Part shown: positions 38,398 to 51,560 of the stretch, one piece after another | Layout of the letters: every line of letters begins with the position of its first letter | How positions within the stretch are numbered: the first letter of the stretch is position 1 | Assembly (NCBI RefSeq): GCF_044704955.1 | Contig: NC_091995.1 | Span: 40,176,001-40,240,000, forward strand | DNA from: Pristiophorus japonicus | Taxonomy: Eukaryota | Direction: 5' to 3' | Length of the DNA stretch: 64,000 nt | Program-made: the position numbers and the translations under genes | The notes under the pieces: generated by a model | The model's database searches: none | What the model saw: only the letters and a program-made list of their open reading frames with translations | What the model was told of the DNA's origin: nothing

Positions 38398-39171
38398 TTA
38401 GTCTCCTTACAATTGTTTGTCAGCCCCGTCTGTTCTTTAACAATAATAATAGTTCCGGCTGTAATAGTTCGATTTTAGCCAAATTGGCAATTTGAATAAA
38501 ATCTAATGAAACGGGTGTGGTGACGCAATGTATGGGCGATTTACAATTCTCCTTCTTCAAATCTGATGTATAACTGCGCAGCAGTCGCAGTAAATGAAAT
38601 ATATAAATAAAATATCAAAATACACTGTTGATTTGGAGATCTTTTGATGGGATATACTTCATTCATTCATTCTCGGAGGAAATATTAAAGATCGAATGAT
38701 GTATTTGAGAAATGACCCAGTGTTTTAATTCTCTATTTGACCAATCTCGTCTAATTCAATTTCCCTACTTGAGCTCATTGCTATTAAATCTTCCCATTCA
38801 AACAACGCAATTTTAAATGAATGATGTATTGTTATTTATTTAAATGTAATATTCAAGACAATTTACAAAAGTGAAGGAAGCACGTATTTTACGACATGGC
38901 TTATCATCCAATGTTGATTCTGATTTTAAAATTGTGAATTTGATTACGAACATCAGAACAAATACACCCATTCCAATCTCATCGATCTTTCTTTCAGTGG
39001 TTGAAAATCTGCAAATGACCTTGTTGTGAGCTACACTCCAAAGCAGAGATTTGCAGAGCCAGACTTTAGTTTACTGGTCCAGTTTTAGGATCAGTACACT
39101 CAAATACCCATAATCTGAAGATACTCTCTCTTCCAGCGTAAGTTGGAAGTTCCTGCCCGGTATAAATAATT

Positions 39172-40485
39172 ACAACAACTTGCATTTAATACAGCGCCTC
39201 CAATGTAGGAAAATGTCGCAAGGATCTTCACAGGAGCGTAATCAAGCTAAAATTGTCACTGAGTCAAAGAACGGGATATTAGGGCGGATGACTAAAAGCT
39301 TGGTGAAAGAGGTAGGAGTGTCAAAGGGCGAGAGAGGTGGAGAGGTTTAGGGAGGAAATTCTGAAGATTAGGGCCTTGATGGCTGAGGGTACGGCCGCCA
39401 ATGGTGGAGCTGCTGAAGCGGGGATGCACAAGAGACCAGATTCGGAAGAAGAGAGTAATGCTTGGGACAAGAGCATTAAAGGTGATGATAAAGGTGTGAC
39501 TGAGCAGATCGGTAACTGTAGGAACATCGTGACCAATGGCGGGTCAAAGGCTGCCAGCTGGGAGTTTGAAAGTGCTGTAGTTGTAAGTGATTTGGGGGAC
39601 AGTGTATTCCAGTGATGAACGCAGAAGGAAGTGCAGTGGGAAGGGGAAGGAGGGTGTGAGTGATGAGGGATACAAAGAAATGATCGGAGGTGGTCTGGTC
39701 TGTGATTGAGATGATAGGAATAGAGAGGCCCCGCGGTGGAAAGTTCTGGGGTGGAAGCAGTGGTTAAGGGAGGACAGGGTCACGGTTGGGAGGAGTGAGT
39801 GAGACGGGGAGGAGGTTGGCAAGATTTGCCAGCAGCCAGAATGTTGAGTGGGAAGATCGAAGATTAGAACAGCGTGTTGCGGTTGTGCACACAGGCAGCA
39901 ACGAGTGCCTCGGTGGGCCCTTCAGAGAATAGCAAAGGCTTTCGGCTTTTCCAAGTGGGTGTCAAGCTGGGGGCGGGGGTGGGGGTGGGGGTGGGCAGTA
40001 ACGTAGGAAAGTCTAGGAATAGGCAAGGACATGGGCAGTGATTAGGGGGTGGTGGACAATGTACCCGAAAGAGGAGCAATGAAAGGATGCGCGATTAGGT
40101 AACAACATGGGAGAAGACAGAAGGGAAGAGTCCGAGGGATAGAGAGAAGAGAAAGAGAAATGGCAGATAGAAATGATACACTGTGGGCCACAGCAGCAAC
40201 CAAAATACTCATGCAAATGAGCACAGGTAGACTCAGGTCACACAGGCATGGCGAGGGTTAGAATAGACATGTCCCAAATGTAGAACATGGCATCCACAGT
40301 GCTGTGATTAGTTCCGGTTAGTTCCACTTTTTCAGAAGGTCAGGTGGAGGTTCTCAGGGAACATACAACCTAATAGATTGAATCATTAGGGAGGGAAAGG
40401 TTGTAAACTCATTGTCCTGGGTCAGAGTCTGAAAGGGGCAACTTGTTCGGTATTTTCTGGTGTCTGGCTATCAACAGTTGGCGAA
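39172..40485 (-). mobile_element. Decayed L2-like LINE pieces (3' end 39172..39450; endonuclease-like scraps to 40485)
   Basis: ACAACAACTTGCATTTA tail and similarity to 32200..32500; upstream part is heavily degraded. Confidence 0.55.
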
Positions 40486-41154
40486 CACAGGGCTAGATTT
40501 TCCACTTTTTTGCATGCTTAACGCTTACTTAATGACCATTTTACCGCTGAAATGACATATAAAGCCCATATAGCGCCCATTTAGCCATAAAATGGAAAAA
40601 CTGATGGACATTTTTCAGAAACTTATCGCCGAGCATTACTTTTCCCATGTCGGGAAAAAATAATACTGCCTGCCCATTTTTTGGGGGTGGGATCATCAGA
40701 ATGTGCAAAATCAATGCCCATAATATCGCCCAGAGAACATTTCTGCACGGAATTAATGCCGAGATTCAATAATACCGCCGCCCACTTTTCTTTGTCGTAA
40801 AGATCACATTTGCCAAAACTAATGGCCATGAGATCACCCAGCGTCACTTTCACCACCTCGCACACATATCGCCCACAATATTGCTCACCCAAAAAAACGC
40901 CCAGAAAAAGTGGAACTAACCAGAACTAATCACAGCATTGTAGATGCCATGTTCTACATCACAAGTCCCATTCTTTAAAAGGCTGCTGTGCTTCAACCTC
41001 AGGGGAGTTCGGATGTACTATGGAGGTCATTGGAGTTGATGTGAACATCTGTACAAACATCTTGACCATACTGTGACCGATTGGAATTTAATAGGTGTAT
41101 TCATCAGGACATTCATAGTTTGTGGCCAATCGGTGGAAAACAGAGAGTGTTGGA

Positions 41155-42372
41155 ATGGGGCCTGTCCTTTCTCACCTTCTCTTGATGACCAATTACATGC
41201 TGCAGACTCGAGATGGCCAAAGGTACGCTCCACAGCATTATGTGCCCAATTTAAGATGTGCCATACTAATGAGAAGGGCCAGATGTTACACCCCCCCCAC
41301 CCACAAGTACAGGGACAAGCGGTCTTACCTTGACTTGCCCGACACCACCTGCCTTCGGAGACTACGCTTCCACAAAAATGTTATCACTGAGGAATGCCAG
41401 CTCATAAGAGGAGATCTGCAGCCTGCCAGCACTATCAGTACTGCACTGTCTGTCGAGGTCAAAATCACTGCGGCATTGTCGTTCTACATGTCAGGTTATT
41501 TTCAGGTCTCAGCTGATGACATTTGTGGTCTATCTCAGCATGTCACACATTGCTGCATTAGACAGGTCACTGAAGCACTGTGCGCATGCAGGAGGGACTT
41601 GATCAGCTTCCCTATGACCAGGGAGGCACAGAGTGAGAGGGCTCTAGGATTCTCCAGAATTGCAAACTTTCCCAAGGTGCAGGGAGCAATAGACTGTACG
41701 CATATCATGAAGCGGGCAACATTTCAGGATGCAGAGATTTTCCGGAACTGCAAGGGATTCCACTCCCTGAATGTCCAACTCGTTGTCAATGACCAGCAAA
41801 TTATAATGGCAGTGAATGCTAAATTTCTAGGCAGCATCCATCATGCTCACATCTTGTATGAGAGTACTGTATCTGAATTGTTTAACAATCAGCCACAAGG
41901 TCAATGCTGGATGCTTGGTCACAAAGGATATGGCCTCGCCACCTGTCTGATTACCCCACTGCGTGACACCCACACCGAAGCCGAGAGGCGATACAATTAC
42001 AGCCACAGAGCCACTTGCAATATCGTGGAGAAAACCATTGGAGTGCTTAAGCAGCACTTTAGATGCCTGGACCACTCAGGAGGCGAGCTCCAATATCACC
42101 CTGAGCAGGTAGCTCAATTCGTGGTCATATGGTCCATGCTGCACAACTTGGCTATCAAGACGGGACAAGAATTGCCTGATGAGTTTGACAGTCCACCTCA
42201 CCAGAGAGAGGAAGAGGAGGATAAGGAGGCAGATGCTGACATCGGCCCAGACAATCAGGCTGATGCTGAAGCCATGCCCACGTCCCCCTGAAGACCGCAT
42301 GAAAGGGCCCGTGGTGGCATGATACCTGCAAGAACCTTATGTCAGGAGCTCATCAATGAGCGCTTCACCTGA
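41155..42372 (+). pseudogene. Harbinger DDE transposase (HARBI1-family), catalytically dead
   Basis: RLRF, FPKVQGAIDCTH, KGFHSLNVQ, MLGHKGY (usual GDxGY Asp is His), VEKTIGVLKQHFRCL, LHN; in-frame TGA at 42289 before the typical C-terminus ARTLCQELINERF. Confidence 0.9.
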
Positions 42373-42639
42373 AAGAATGTTGGTGTTATTTACAAGGTTG
42401 ACACACTGCTGGGTATGCAGGTCATACATCAATAGTGGGCATCACCTTGGTTAAAGTTTAAGTTGATTGAAGTTAAGTGTAATTATACCCTTTGATGTTA
42501 AGGAATCACCAGTGTGTAATGGTGCAGCTATCTGAGCCAATGTGCAACAAGGTTTTGTTAAATAAAAAACATTTAAACCGAACTGTTGTCTGAAATCATC
42601 AGTATTTCTGTAAAAGCCAAGCCTTCCACCCCCCCCACC

Positions 42640-42938
42640 CCGCTTCTCCTCCCCACCACTACCCCTTCCCCTTCTGACTCCAAGACACCTGGCCGAGGAG
42701 CTCCTCAGGCGCTGCTTCATTGGGGGGTGGGGGGGATGACGGCTGAACCGCTGCTTGGACGGATACAGGAGAGGACGGTACCGAGGTGGGAATGTGCTCC
42801 AAGTCCGAAGCTCTCATGTGTGGTTGGCAATGGAGGTGCAGCACCTTGGGGTGCAGTGCCGCGCTCAGGGACCACTGGGAGCCCTCTGCCACCAGTGTTC
42901 CTGGCTACCAGCTCCAAGGCCTCCATCATCCCTTCCAT
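42640..42938 (-). pseudogene. Remnant of the Harbinger second (Myb/SANT) gene, DNA-binding domain apparently deleted
   Basis: Convergent short ORF with a Pro/Gly/Arg-rich end in the expected position; no Trp-repeat domain seen. Confidence 0.5.
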
Positions 42939-44024
42939 GTTACATCTTATTTGTTGGACAATAATTCGGTGTCAACTATGCTCTTGGTGCTTAGTCAGCT
43001 TTTTGCTGCTGGTGAATCTCCCTCGTGCCTCCCTCAACAGCCTAACTAGCACACACCACACCCACACACGCTTTCAGTCCCTTTCTGCTCCCTTTCTCTC
43101 TGTCTCCTCTTCTGCGCATGTCATGATGACCCTTGACTTCCTGAATCACAGGAATTGAGCGTTGCCATGCCGTTGCTAAGGACGGCAAGACTTTACGGCA
43201 GAAGGTCAGAAAGATTTAACGCTACTGCCCATTTCATATCACTCGCAGTAACGCCCAATTTCAAAAATGGAGACTCAGTGCTTTGAGAATGGGCGAGAAG
43301 CCGGCAATCTGAAAAGCCATTTTCATCACCCACGCTGGAAATAATGCCCATTTTTGCCAACATGCACAAAAGTGTAAAATCTAGTCCCATATGTCTTCAG
43401 AGCAGCCGCATCCACACTCTAACCCCTATTGCTCCTGGTCTTCACCCCATTGCCACCAAGTACAGGGAGATGCTCGTGAAGAATGCAATATCTAGCCTGA
43501 AACACCACTGGGAGCTGGGATGACAACAATTGTCTCCATAAAACTCATGGTCCAAACCAACCTTCCAAGGTAGTTCAGAAACAATTTACTAACAGTTGTA
43601 GGGCTGCCAATAGCAGGACGTTAACATCAAGCCCTGTATTTGTCCATGGTTACCTGTGGCGGCATTCCCTGGGAGCGGGGGGCACACCTTTTATTGCTAT
43701 TTCCAATACCAGGCATTAATTGCTACATCACAGTGGTGCGATTATCAGGCTAAGGCCGTATTTGAATCCCACTGGCTGCTAAGCATTCATTGGATTTGAC
43801 TCCCAGGAAAATCGGCTAGCTGGGATATTAGCAGTTGCTCCAAGTAGGTCCTGGGAAGTAGGTGAGAATGCAAGGTCGAGGTGTGCCATTGCAGGCAGCA
43901 GTACACTTCTTGTGCCCAGAGGAGCTTACTTTCTGCAGAACACTGGTAGAACTGGTGAAAGGTGAATGTCCAACTTTTGGCTTCGTTCTCTCCAAAAATG
44001 GCAATCGGCTCTTATGTCAGCTCT

Positions 44025-45352
44025 TAGATAAGGGGGAACCACTGGATGTGGTGTATTTGGATTTTCAGAAGGCATTAGATAAGCTGCCACCCAAGAGGGT
44101 ATTAAAGAAAATTAGGGCTCATGGGATTGGGTGTAATATATTACAATGGATTGAGGATTGGTTAACGGACAGAAAACAGAGAGTAGAAATAAACCGGTCA
44201 TTTTCAGGTTGGCAGGCTTTAACTAGTAGGGTGCTGCTAGGATTGATGCTTGGGCCCCAGCTATTCACAATCTATATAACTGATTTGGATTAGGGGGCCA
44301 AATGTAATATATCCAAGTTTACTGATGATACAAAGCTAGGTGGGAATGTAATTTGTGAGGTGAATGCAAAGAGGCTTCATGAGGGATATAGACAGGCTAA
44401 GTGAAGGCGCAAGAACATGGCAAATAGAATATAATATGTAGAAATGTGAAGTTATCCACTTTGGTAGGAAAAATAGAAAAGCAGAGTATTTTATAAATGA
44501 TGAGAGATTGGGAAATGCTGGTGGTCAAAGGGCAGGTAGGGAGTTTGACTGGGGCGGTATACCTGTCACATTGTAACGCAAGTGTCCTAAGGCGAGCTCA
44601 GGGAGGACAGAAACCTCCCATGGAGCAGAAGGGCAGCAGGTATCCTTGTACATGAATCACTGAAAATTAACATGTAGGTACAGCAACCAATTAAACAAGC
44701 AAATAGTATGTTGGTCTTTATTACAAGAGGATTTGAGTATAAGAGTAAAGTCATCTTTATGCAATTATATAGGGCCCTGTTGAGACTGCACCTGGACTAT
44801 TGTGTACAGTTTTGGTCTCCTTACCTAAGGAAGGATATACTTGCCATACAGCGAGTGCGACGAAGGTTCACCAGACTGATTCTTAGGATTGAAGGGGGAG
44901 GGGGGGGATTTTCCTGTGAGGAGAGATTGAGTAGACTAGGCCTATATTTTCTAGTTTAGAAGAATGAGAGATTATCTCATTTAACCATACAACATTCTTG
45001 CAGGGCTTGACAGGGTAGATGCAGGGAGAATGTTTCCTCTGGCTGAGGAGTCGAGAACCAGGGGTCACAGTCTCAGAATAAGGGGTCGCCCATTTAGTAC
45101 AGAGATGAGGAGAAATTTCTTCACTCAGAGGGTGATGAATCTTTGGAATTCTCTACCCCAGAGGTCTGGGAAAGCTCAGTCTTTGAGTATATTCAAGACA
45201 GAGACCCATAGATGCTTGAATATTGAGGGAATCAAGGGATATGGGGACAATGCAGGAAAGTGGAGTTGTGGTAGAAGTTCAGTCATGAACTTATTGAATG
45301 GCAGAGCCGGCTCGAGGGGCCGAATAGCATACTTCTGCTCCTAATTCTTATG
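44025..45352 (+). mobile_element. CR1 LINE RT to 3' end, carrying a 28S rRNA fragment
   Basis: DVVYLDFQKALDK...LGPQLFTIYI; ends CTGCTCCTAATTCTTATGT. Confidence 0.92.
44533..44635 (+). rRNA. ~100-bp 28S rRNA-derived fragment (non-functional insertion)
   Basis: GGGAGTTTGACTGGGGCGGTA.ACCTGTCA....GTAACGCA.GTGTCCTAAGGCGAGCTCAGGGAGGACAGAAACCTCCC.TGGAGCAGAAGGGCA matches the conserved vertebrate LSU domain V segment as I recall it. Confidence 0.9.
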
Positions 45353-46204
45353 TCCATTATAAGGCCCGTGTTCATTCTGAATGTGCTTACCACCTGACTC
45401 ACTGGACCACACTGGCCGTCCAGTGCTAGCCCAGGGCAGCATTGCTGCAACCACAGTAACAACAGGAAAGTCCCATGAGGCCATTCCCTATCAGTTTTAG
45501 GGTTCTTACTGCCTTGTTTCCGCTGGGAAGGAGGCCTGAATATTCAGCCCTATCCAGTTTGGCATGTCTCAACAAACAAATCGCTATCAATCGCCTATTC
45601 CACCAACATTGTTCAAAGTTTTTACGTTTTTCCACAGAAGAATATCATTACCCGCTTTTGCAGTCTGTCCCATATTTTTGCCACCCACTACTAAATATGG
45701 AAATATAAAATTTCAGTGCAACTTTACCTTTAAAACTGGTACTGAAGTTAACACAAAGGAAAATTGGAGAGATGTGAAATCGGCGGCTGTTCTGCGACCT
45801 CCCGTTTTAAGCCATCACTGACAGGACATGGGGTTGAAATTCATCTCAGGCTGAGCGCTAATCGTGCGGGATAATGTCGGCCCCCTGATATAGGCCCCGC
45901 TTGATATGCAGTTATATCAAAGGCAGGATTACTGTCAAACACATATGTTTCCAAACAGTCCATGTTCATGATAAAAATAATGTTTAATTTGGCAAGATAT
46001 TAAGAACATCACATCTTAATGACGTTCCATTAAAATCAGCTGTCAGTGAAATACTGTATATTGCTGCTTGATGTAACTGATGGAGTACGTGGTGCCAGAC
46101 CCAGTTCCGCCTGCGAGGCCTCTCAGCAGCTGGGCAATCTCCTGTCGATTACAGTTCATCCACAGTAAATGCCACCTGTTGGCCCGTGGGTCTCTTCCCA
46201 TCAG

Positions 46205-46825
46205 TTAGAAACATAAAAACATAGAAATTTACAGCACAGAAGCAGACCATTTCGGCCCATCATGTCCATGCTGGCCAACAAAGAGCCACACAGCCCTCGG
46301 TCAGCAGCCCTGAAGGTTATATATAAACCTATGAACAATGAACAATGGTGGAAAGGCAAAGAGCACCCAGCCCAACTAGTCCACCTCACACAACTGCGAC
46401 ACCCCTTATACTGAAACATTCTACACTCCACCCCAACCGGAGCCATGTGGTCTCCTGGGAGAGGCAAAAACCAGATGAAAACCCAAGCCAATTTAGGGAG
46501 AAAAAAATCAGGGAAAATTCATCTCCGACCCATCCAGGCGATCGGAACAAGTCCAGGAGATCACCCTGGCCATATTCGATTCCCTGCAGTACGTACCATC
46601 ATATCTGTGCCGGCCAACAAGAGGTTATCTAGTCTAATCCCAATTACCAGCTCTAGGTCGGTAACCCTGCAGGTTATTGCACTTTAAGTGCCCATCCAAC
46701 CATCTCTTAAAAGTGGTGAGGGTTTCTACATCCACCACTCTTCCAGGCAGTGAGTTCCAGATCCCCACAACCCTCTGAGTAAAGAAATCCCCCCTCAAAT
46801 CCCCTCTAAACCTTCCACCAACCAC
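46205..46825 (-). mobile_element. CR1 3' end with an extra ~340-bp segment in its 3' UTR
   Basis: FFTQRVVGIWNSLPGRVV; UTR expanded relative to the copy at 36525. Confidence 0.8.
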
Positions 46826-46929
46826 CTGTTGGGAGCAAAACCCCACAAGTTGCGCAGAGTCTTGTCAAATTCATTCCTATCTTATGTCACAGGCAGAATC
46901 ATACTTTCCTTCCATGTTTATGATTCAGA

Positions 46930-49900
46930 AAATTGAGAAAGTGTAGTGCACAAACAGGGTACAGAATTGAAGAAAAACCAGACGGCTCAACACAATGGCA
47001 GATTATTGAAGTGCAGGAACAATATATTCCACTGAAATGAAAGAACAAACTAAACAATAATGAGACTCCAAGGATGAATAAAGCCATAGGGAAAGAATTC
47101 AGGGTAAGGAAAGAGACATACATTTATATAAGACAGCAGGGGAGTGCATGATAATGGAAAAAAACAAACCGATTAGGAGAGAAGTCAAAAAAACAATTAG
47201 GAAGGCAAAGTAGAACTATGAAAATAAATTATTAAGGAACATAAAACAAAATAGTAAAATATTTTACAGCCACATCAATAAAAAAGGAAGGTTAGGATGG
47301 AAATAAAGCCATTAAGTAATAGACAGTATAATACCAAAGGCAACGATCGAAAAATGGCAGAAATATTAAATAATTATTTTGCTTCAGTATTTACCAGGGA
47401 GACAGAACAGGTGAACATTGGATGATGAGATTAGTAATGAGATAAATACATTTTAAATAAAAGGGGGGATTATTCAACAAACTAATCAAACTAAAAGAGG
47501 ATAAAACCCCTGGTCCAGATGGATTGCATCCACGCATTTGAAAATAATCTAGGGAAGAAATAGCAGAGACCTTACTACACATATTTAATAATTCATTAGA
47601 AAAAGGTATAGTGCCTGAGGACTGATGGATAGCTAACGTAATACCTATATTTAAGAAGGGGGATATTGTAGACCATTCAACTTAACACCAGTGGATTCCC
47701 GACTAAAGGTGAACATAGAAGAACATCTATAAACCAAAAAAATATTAACAAATAGTCAGCATAGATTTCAAAAAGGAAAGTCTTGCTTGACCAACCTCAT
47801 TGAATTTTCGAACAGGTAACAGAGAGAGTAGACAATTGTAATGCAGTGAATGTACTTTATCTAGATTTCCAACAGGCCTCCGATAAGATACCTCATATTA
47901 GACTGATGGACATGGTCAGAGAATGCAGAGTCAGGAGACATGTAGTAGAATGAATAGCTAGATAACTTCAAGACAGGAAGCAGAGAGTAGGGGTAAAAGG
48001 TAGCTATTCATAGTGGCAGAAAGTGGGTAGTGGTGGTCCATGAGGATCCGTGCTGGGACCACTGCTGTTCACAATTTAAATTAACGATTTAGATTTTGGA
48101 ATCAAAAACACAATTTATAAATTTGCAGATGACACTAAATTGTCAATACTGAGGAGGACTGCAACATATTACAGGAGGACATTAATACACTTGCAGAATG
48201 GGCATATAATTGGAAAATGAAGTTTAACACAGATAAATGTGAGGTATTACATATTGGTAGGAAGAATAGGAAGGTCACATGTTACTTGGATGGTGAGAGT
48301 CGAGGTGGGATAGATGAACAAAGGGATCTCGGTATACAAATACACAAATTGCTAAAAGTTGCGACACAGTAAGGCCATAATGAAAGCAAGCCAAGCAGTA
48401 GGGTTTATTTCTAGAGGTATAGAATTGAAAAGTAGGAAAGTTATGCTAAACCTGCACCGAACTTCGGTTAGACCACACTTAGAGTACTGTGTACAGTTCT
48501 GGCCGCCATATTATAAAAAGGATATAGAGCCACTGCAGATGGTGCAGAGAATATTTACAAGGATGATACCAGAAATGCGAGGCTATACATATCATAAGAA
48601 CATAAGAACATAACAACATAAGAATTAGGAACAGGAGTAGGCCATCTAGCTCCTCGAGCCTGCTCCGCCATTCAACAAGATCATGGCTGATCTGGCCGTG
48701 GACTCAGCTCCACTTACCCTTCCGCTCCCCGTAACCCTTAATTCCCTTATTGGTTAAAAATCCATCTATCTGTGATTTGAATATATTCAATGAGCTAGCC
48801 TCAACTGCTTCCTTGGGCAGGGAATTCCACAGATTCACAACCCTCTGGGAGAAGAAATTCCTTCTCAACTCGGTTTTAAATTGGCTCCCCCGTATTTTGA
48901 GGCTGTGCCCCCTAGTTCTAGTCTCCCCGACCAGTGGAAACAACCTCTCTGCCTTTATCTTGTCTATGCCTTTCATTATTTTAAATGTTTCTATAAGATC
49001 ACCCCTCATCCTTCTGAACTCCAACGAGTAAAGACCCAGTCTACTCAATCTATCATCATAAGGTAACCCCCTCATCTCCGGAATCAGCCTAGTGAATTGT
49101 CTCTGTACCCACTCCAAAGCTAGTATATCCTTCATTAAGAAAGGTGACCAAAACTGCATGCAGTACTCCAGGTGCGGCCTCACCAATATCCGATACAGTT
49201 GCAGCAGGACCTCCCTGCTTTTGTACTCCATCCCTCTCGCAATGAAGGCCAACATTCCATTCGCCTTCCTGATTACCTGCTGCACCTGCAAACTAACTTT
49301 TTGGGATTCATGCACAAGGACCCCCAGGTCCCTCTGCACCACAGCATGTTGTAATTTCTCCACATTCAAATAATATTCCCTTTTACTGTTTTTTTTCCAA
49401 GGTGGATGATCTCACATTTTCCAACATTGTATTCCATCTACCAAACCTTAGCCCATTCGCTTAACCTATCTAAATCTCTTTGCAGCCTCTCTGTGTCCTC
49501 TACACAACCCGCTTTCCCACTAATCTTTGTGTCATCTGCAAATTTTGTTCCACTACACTCTGTCCCCTCTTCCAGGTCATCTATGTATATTGTAAACAGT
49601 TGTGGTCCCAGCACCAATCCCTGTGGCACACCACTAACAACCGATTTCCAACCCGAACAGGACCCATTTATCCTGACTCTCTGCTTTCTGTTAGCCAGCC
49701 AATTCTCTATCCATGCTAATACATTTCCTCTGACTCCGCGTACCTTTATCTTCTGCAGTAACCTTTTGTGTGGCACCTTATCGAATACCTTTTGGAAATC
49801 TACATACACCACATCCATCGGTACACCTCTATCTACCATGCTCGTTATATCCTCAAATAATTCCAGTAAATTAGTTAAACATGATTTCCCCTTCATGAAT

Positions 49901-51155
49901 CCATGCTGCGTCTGCTTGATTGCACTATTCCGATCTAGATGTCCCGCTATTTCTTCCTTAATGATAGCTTCAAGCATTTTCCCCACTACAGATGTTAAAC
50001 TAACCGGCCTATAGTTACCTGCCTTTTGTCTGCCCCCTTTTTTAAACAGGGGCATTACATTAGCTGCTTTCCAATCTGCTGGTACCTCCCCAGAGTCCAG
50101 AGAATTTTGGTAGATTATAACGAATGCATCTGCTATAACTTCCGCCATCTCTTTTAATACCCTGGGATGCATTTCATCAGGACCAGGGGACTTGTCTACC
50201 TTGAGTCCCATTAGCCTGCCCAGCACTACCCCCCCTAGTGATAGTGATTATCTCAAGGTCCTCCCTTCCCACATTCCCGTGACCAGCAATTTTTGGCATG
50301 GTTTTTGTGTCTTCCACTGTGAAGACCGAAGCAAAATAATTGTTTAATGTCTCAGCCATTTCCACATTTCCCATTATTAAATCCCCCTTCTCATCTTCTA
50401 AGGGACCAACATTTACTTTAGTCACTCTTTTCCGTTTTATATATCAGTAAAAGCTTTTACTATCTGTTTTTATGTTTTGCGCAAGTTTACTTTCATAATC
50501 TATCTTTCCTTTCTTTATTGCTTTCTTAGTCATTCTTTGCTGTCGTTTAAAATTTTCCCAATCTGCTAGTTTCCCACTAACCTTGGCCACCTTATACGCA
50601 TTGGTTTTTAATTTGATACTCTCCTTTATTTCCTTGGTTATCCACGGCTGGTTATCCCTTCTCTTACCGCCCTTCTTTTTCACTGGAATATATTTTTGTT
50701 GAGCACTATAAAAGAGCTCATGAAAGGATGAACAGGTTGTGTCTATTTTCTCTTGAAAAAAGAAAGCTAAGGGGTGACCTAATAGAGGTCTTTAAAATGA
50801 TGAAAGGTTTTGATAGAGTGGATACAGAGAGAATGTTTCCAATTGTGGGAAAGAGCATTTCTAGAATCCATCGACATAAGATAGTCACCAAGAAATCCAA
50901 CAGGGAATTCAAAAGAAACTTCTTTACCCAAAGAGTGGTGAGAATGTGGAACTCGCTACCACAGGGAGTGGTTGAAGCGAATAGTGTAGATGTATTTAAG
51001 GGAAGGCTAGACAAGCATATGAGGGAGAAGGAAATAGTGGGTTATGTTGATAGAGTTAGATGTGGAAAGACGGGAGGAGACTCAAGTGGAGCATAAACGC
51101 AGGCATGGACTGGTTAGGCCGAATGGCTTGTTTCTGTGTTGTATATCCTTGTGTA
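46930..51155 (+). mobile_element. AT-rich older CR1 (46930..48595 + 50718..51155) split by an antisense younger CR1
   Basis: The reading frame RGYTYH|ERMNRL is continuous across the insertion; TCAT at both junctions. Confidence 0.9.
48596..50717 (-). mobile_element. Young CR1, ~2.1 kb 5'-truncated ORF2 with a few frameshifts
   Basis: ORFs 50444..50683, 50177..50425, 49438..50226 (NYRPVSLTS, QHGF, FADDTK) and 48704..49369; (CATAAGAA)n tail. Confidence 0.95.
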
Positions 51156-51371
51156 AATTGGTTATGAGTATTGAAGTCCGTAATTTACTGAACAGAACTC
51201 AATGGTAAATTCATTGTTAAACTGAGTCAATAATTCGTATTTTATTCAACCTGTTTCATACTGTCGGTTTACAAAAAGAATCATTCCTGCATCTAACAGC
51301 GGTTTCTGCAGTTTTAATCATCAGGAAGATGCTTCGCAGTATTGAAGATTAACAAAGTGCAACGGGAACAG

Positions 51372-51560
51372 GTGGAGCTGCAGTGGTTTAGACACTGGCC
51401 TGTCACCTCGGGGACCTGGCTCTAAATCAGTCCAGTCTAATGGGGTGAAATGTTTTTCTGTGTGCTGTCTGTACGCGTTCTATGTGAAATGAGTCAATCA
51501 AGTTCCTCATGGGACCGAGAATACAGCATAAACTTGATGTCAATTCATCGACAATTCCAC
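51372..51560 (+). mobile_element. Old tRNA-derived SINE remnant
   Basis: A-box-like GCAGTGGTTAG, then ACACTGGCCTGTCACC, degenerate B-box GGCTCTAAATC. Confidence 0.5.

Larger units (their letters stand above)
40490..43388 (+). mobile_element. PIF/Harbinger DNA transposon, ~2.9 kb, both TIRs present, inactive
   Basis: Left GGGCTAGATTTTCCACTTTTTTGCATG and right CATGCACAAAAGTGTAAAATCTAGTCCC; flanks ACA/ATA; convergent transposase and second-ORF remnant. Confidence 0.9.

Noticed and set aside
41122-42291. Domesticated host gene HARBI1
   Set aside because: It lies inside TIRs with a convergent second-ORF remnant, has lost a catalytic Asp and has a premature stop
44533-44635. Functional rDNA unit or R2-type insertion site
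   Set aside because: Only ~100 bp, mutated, with no flanking rDNA
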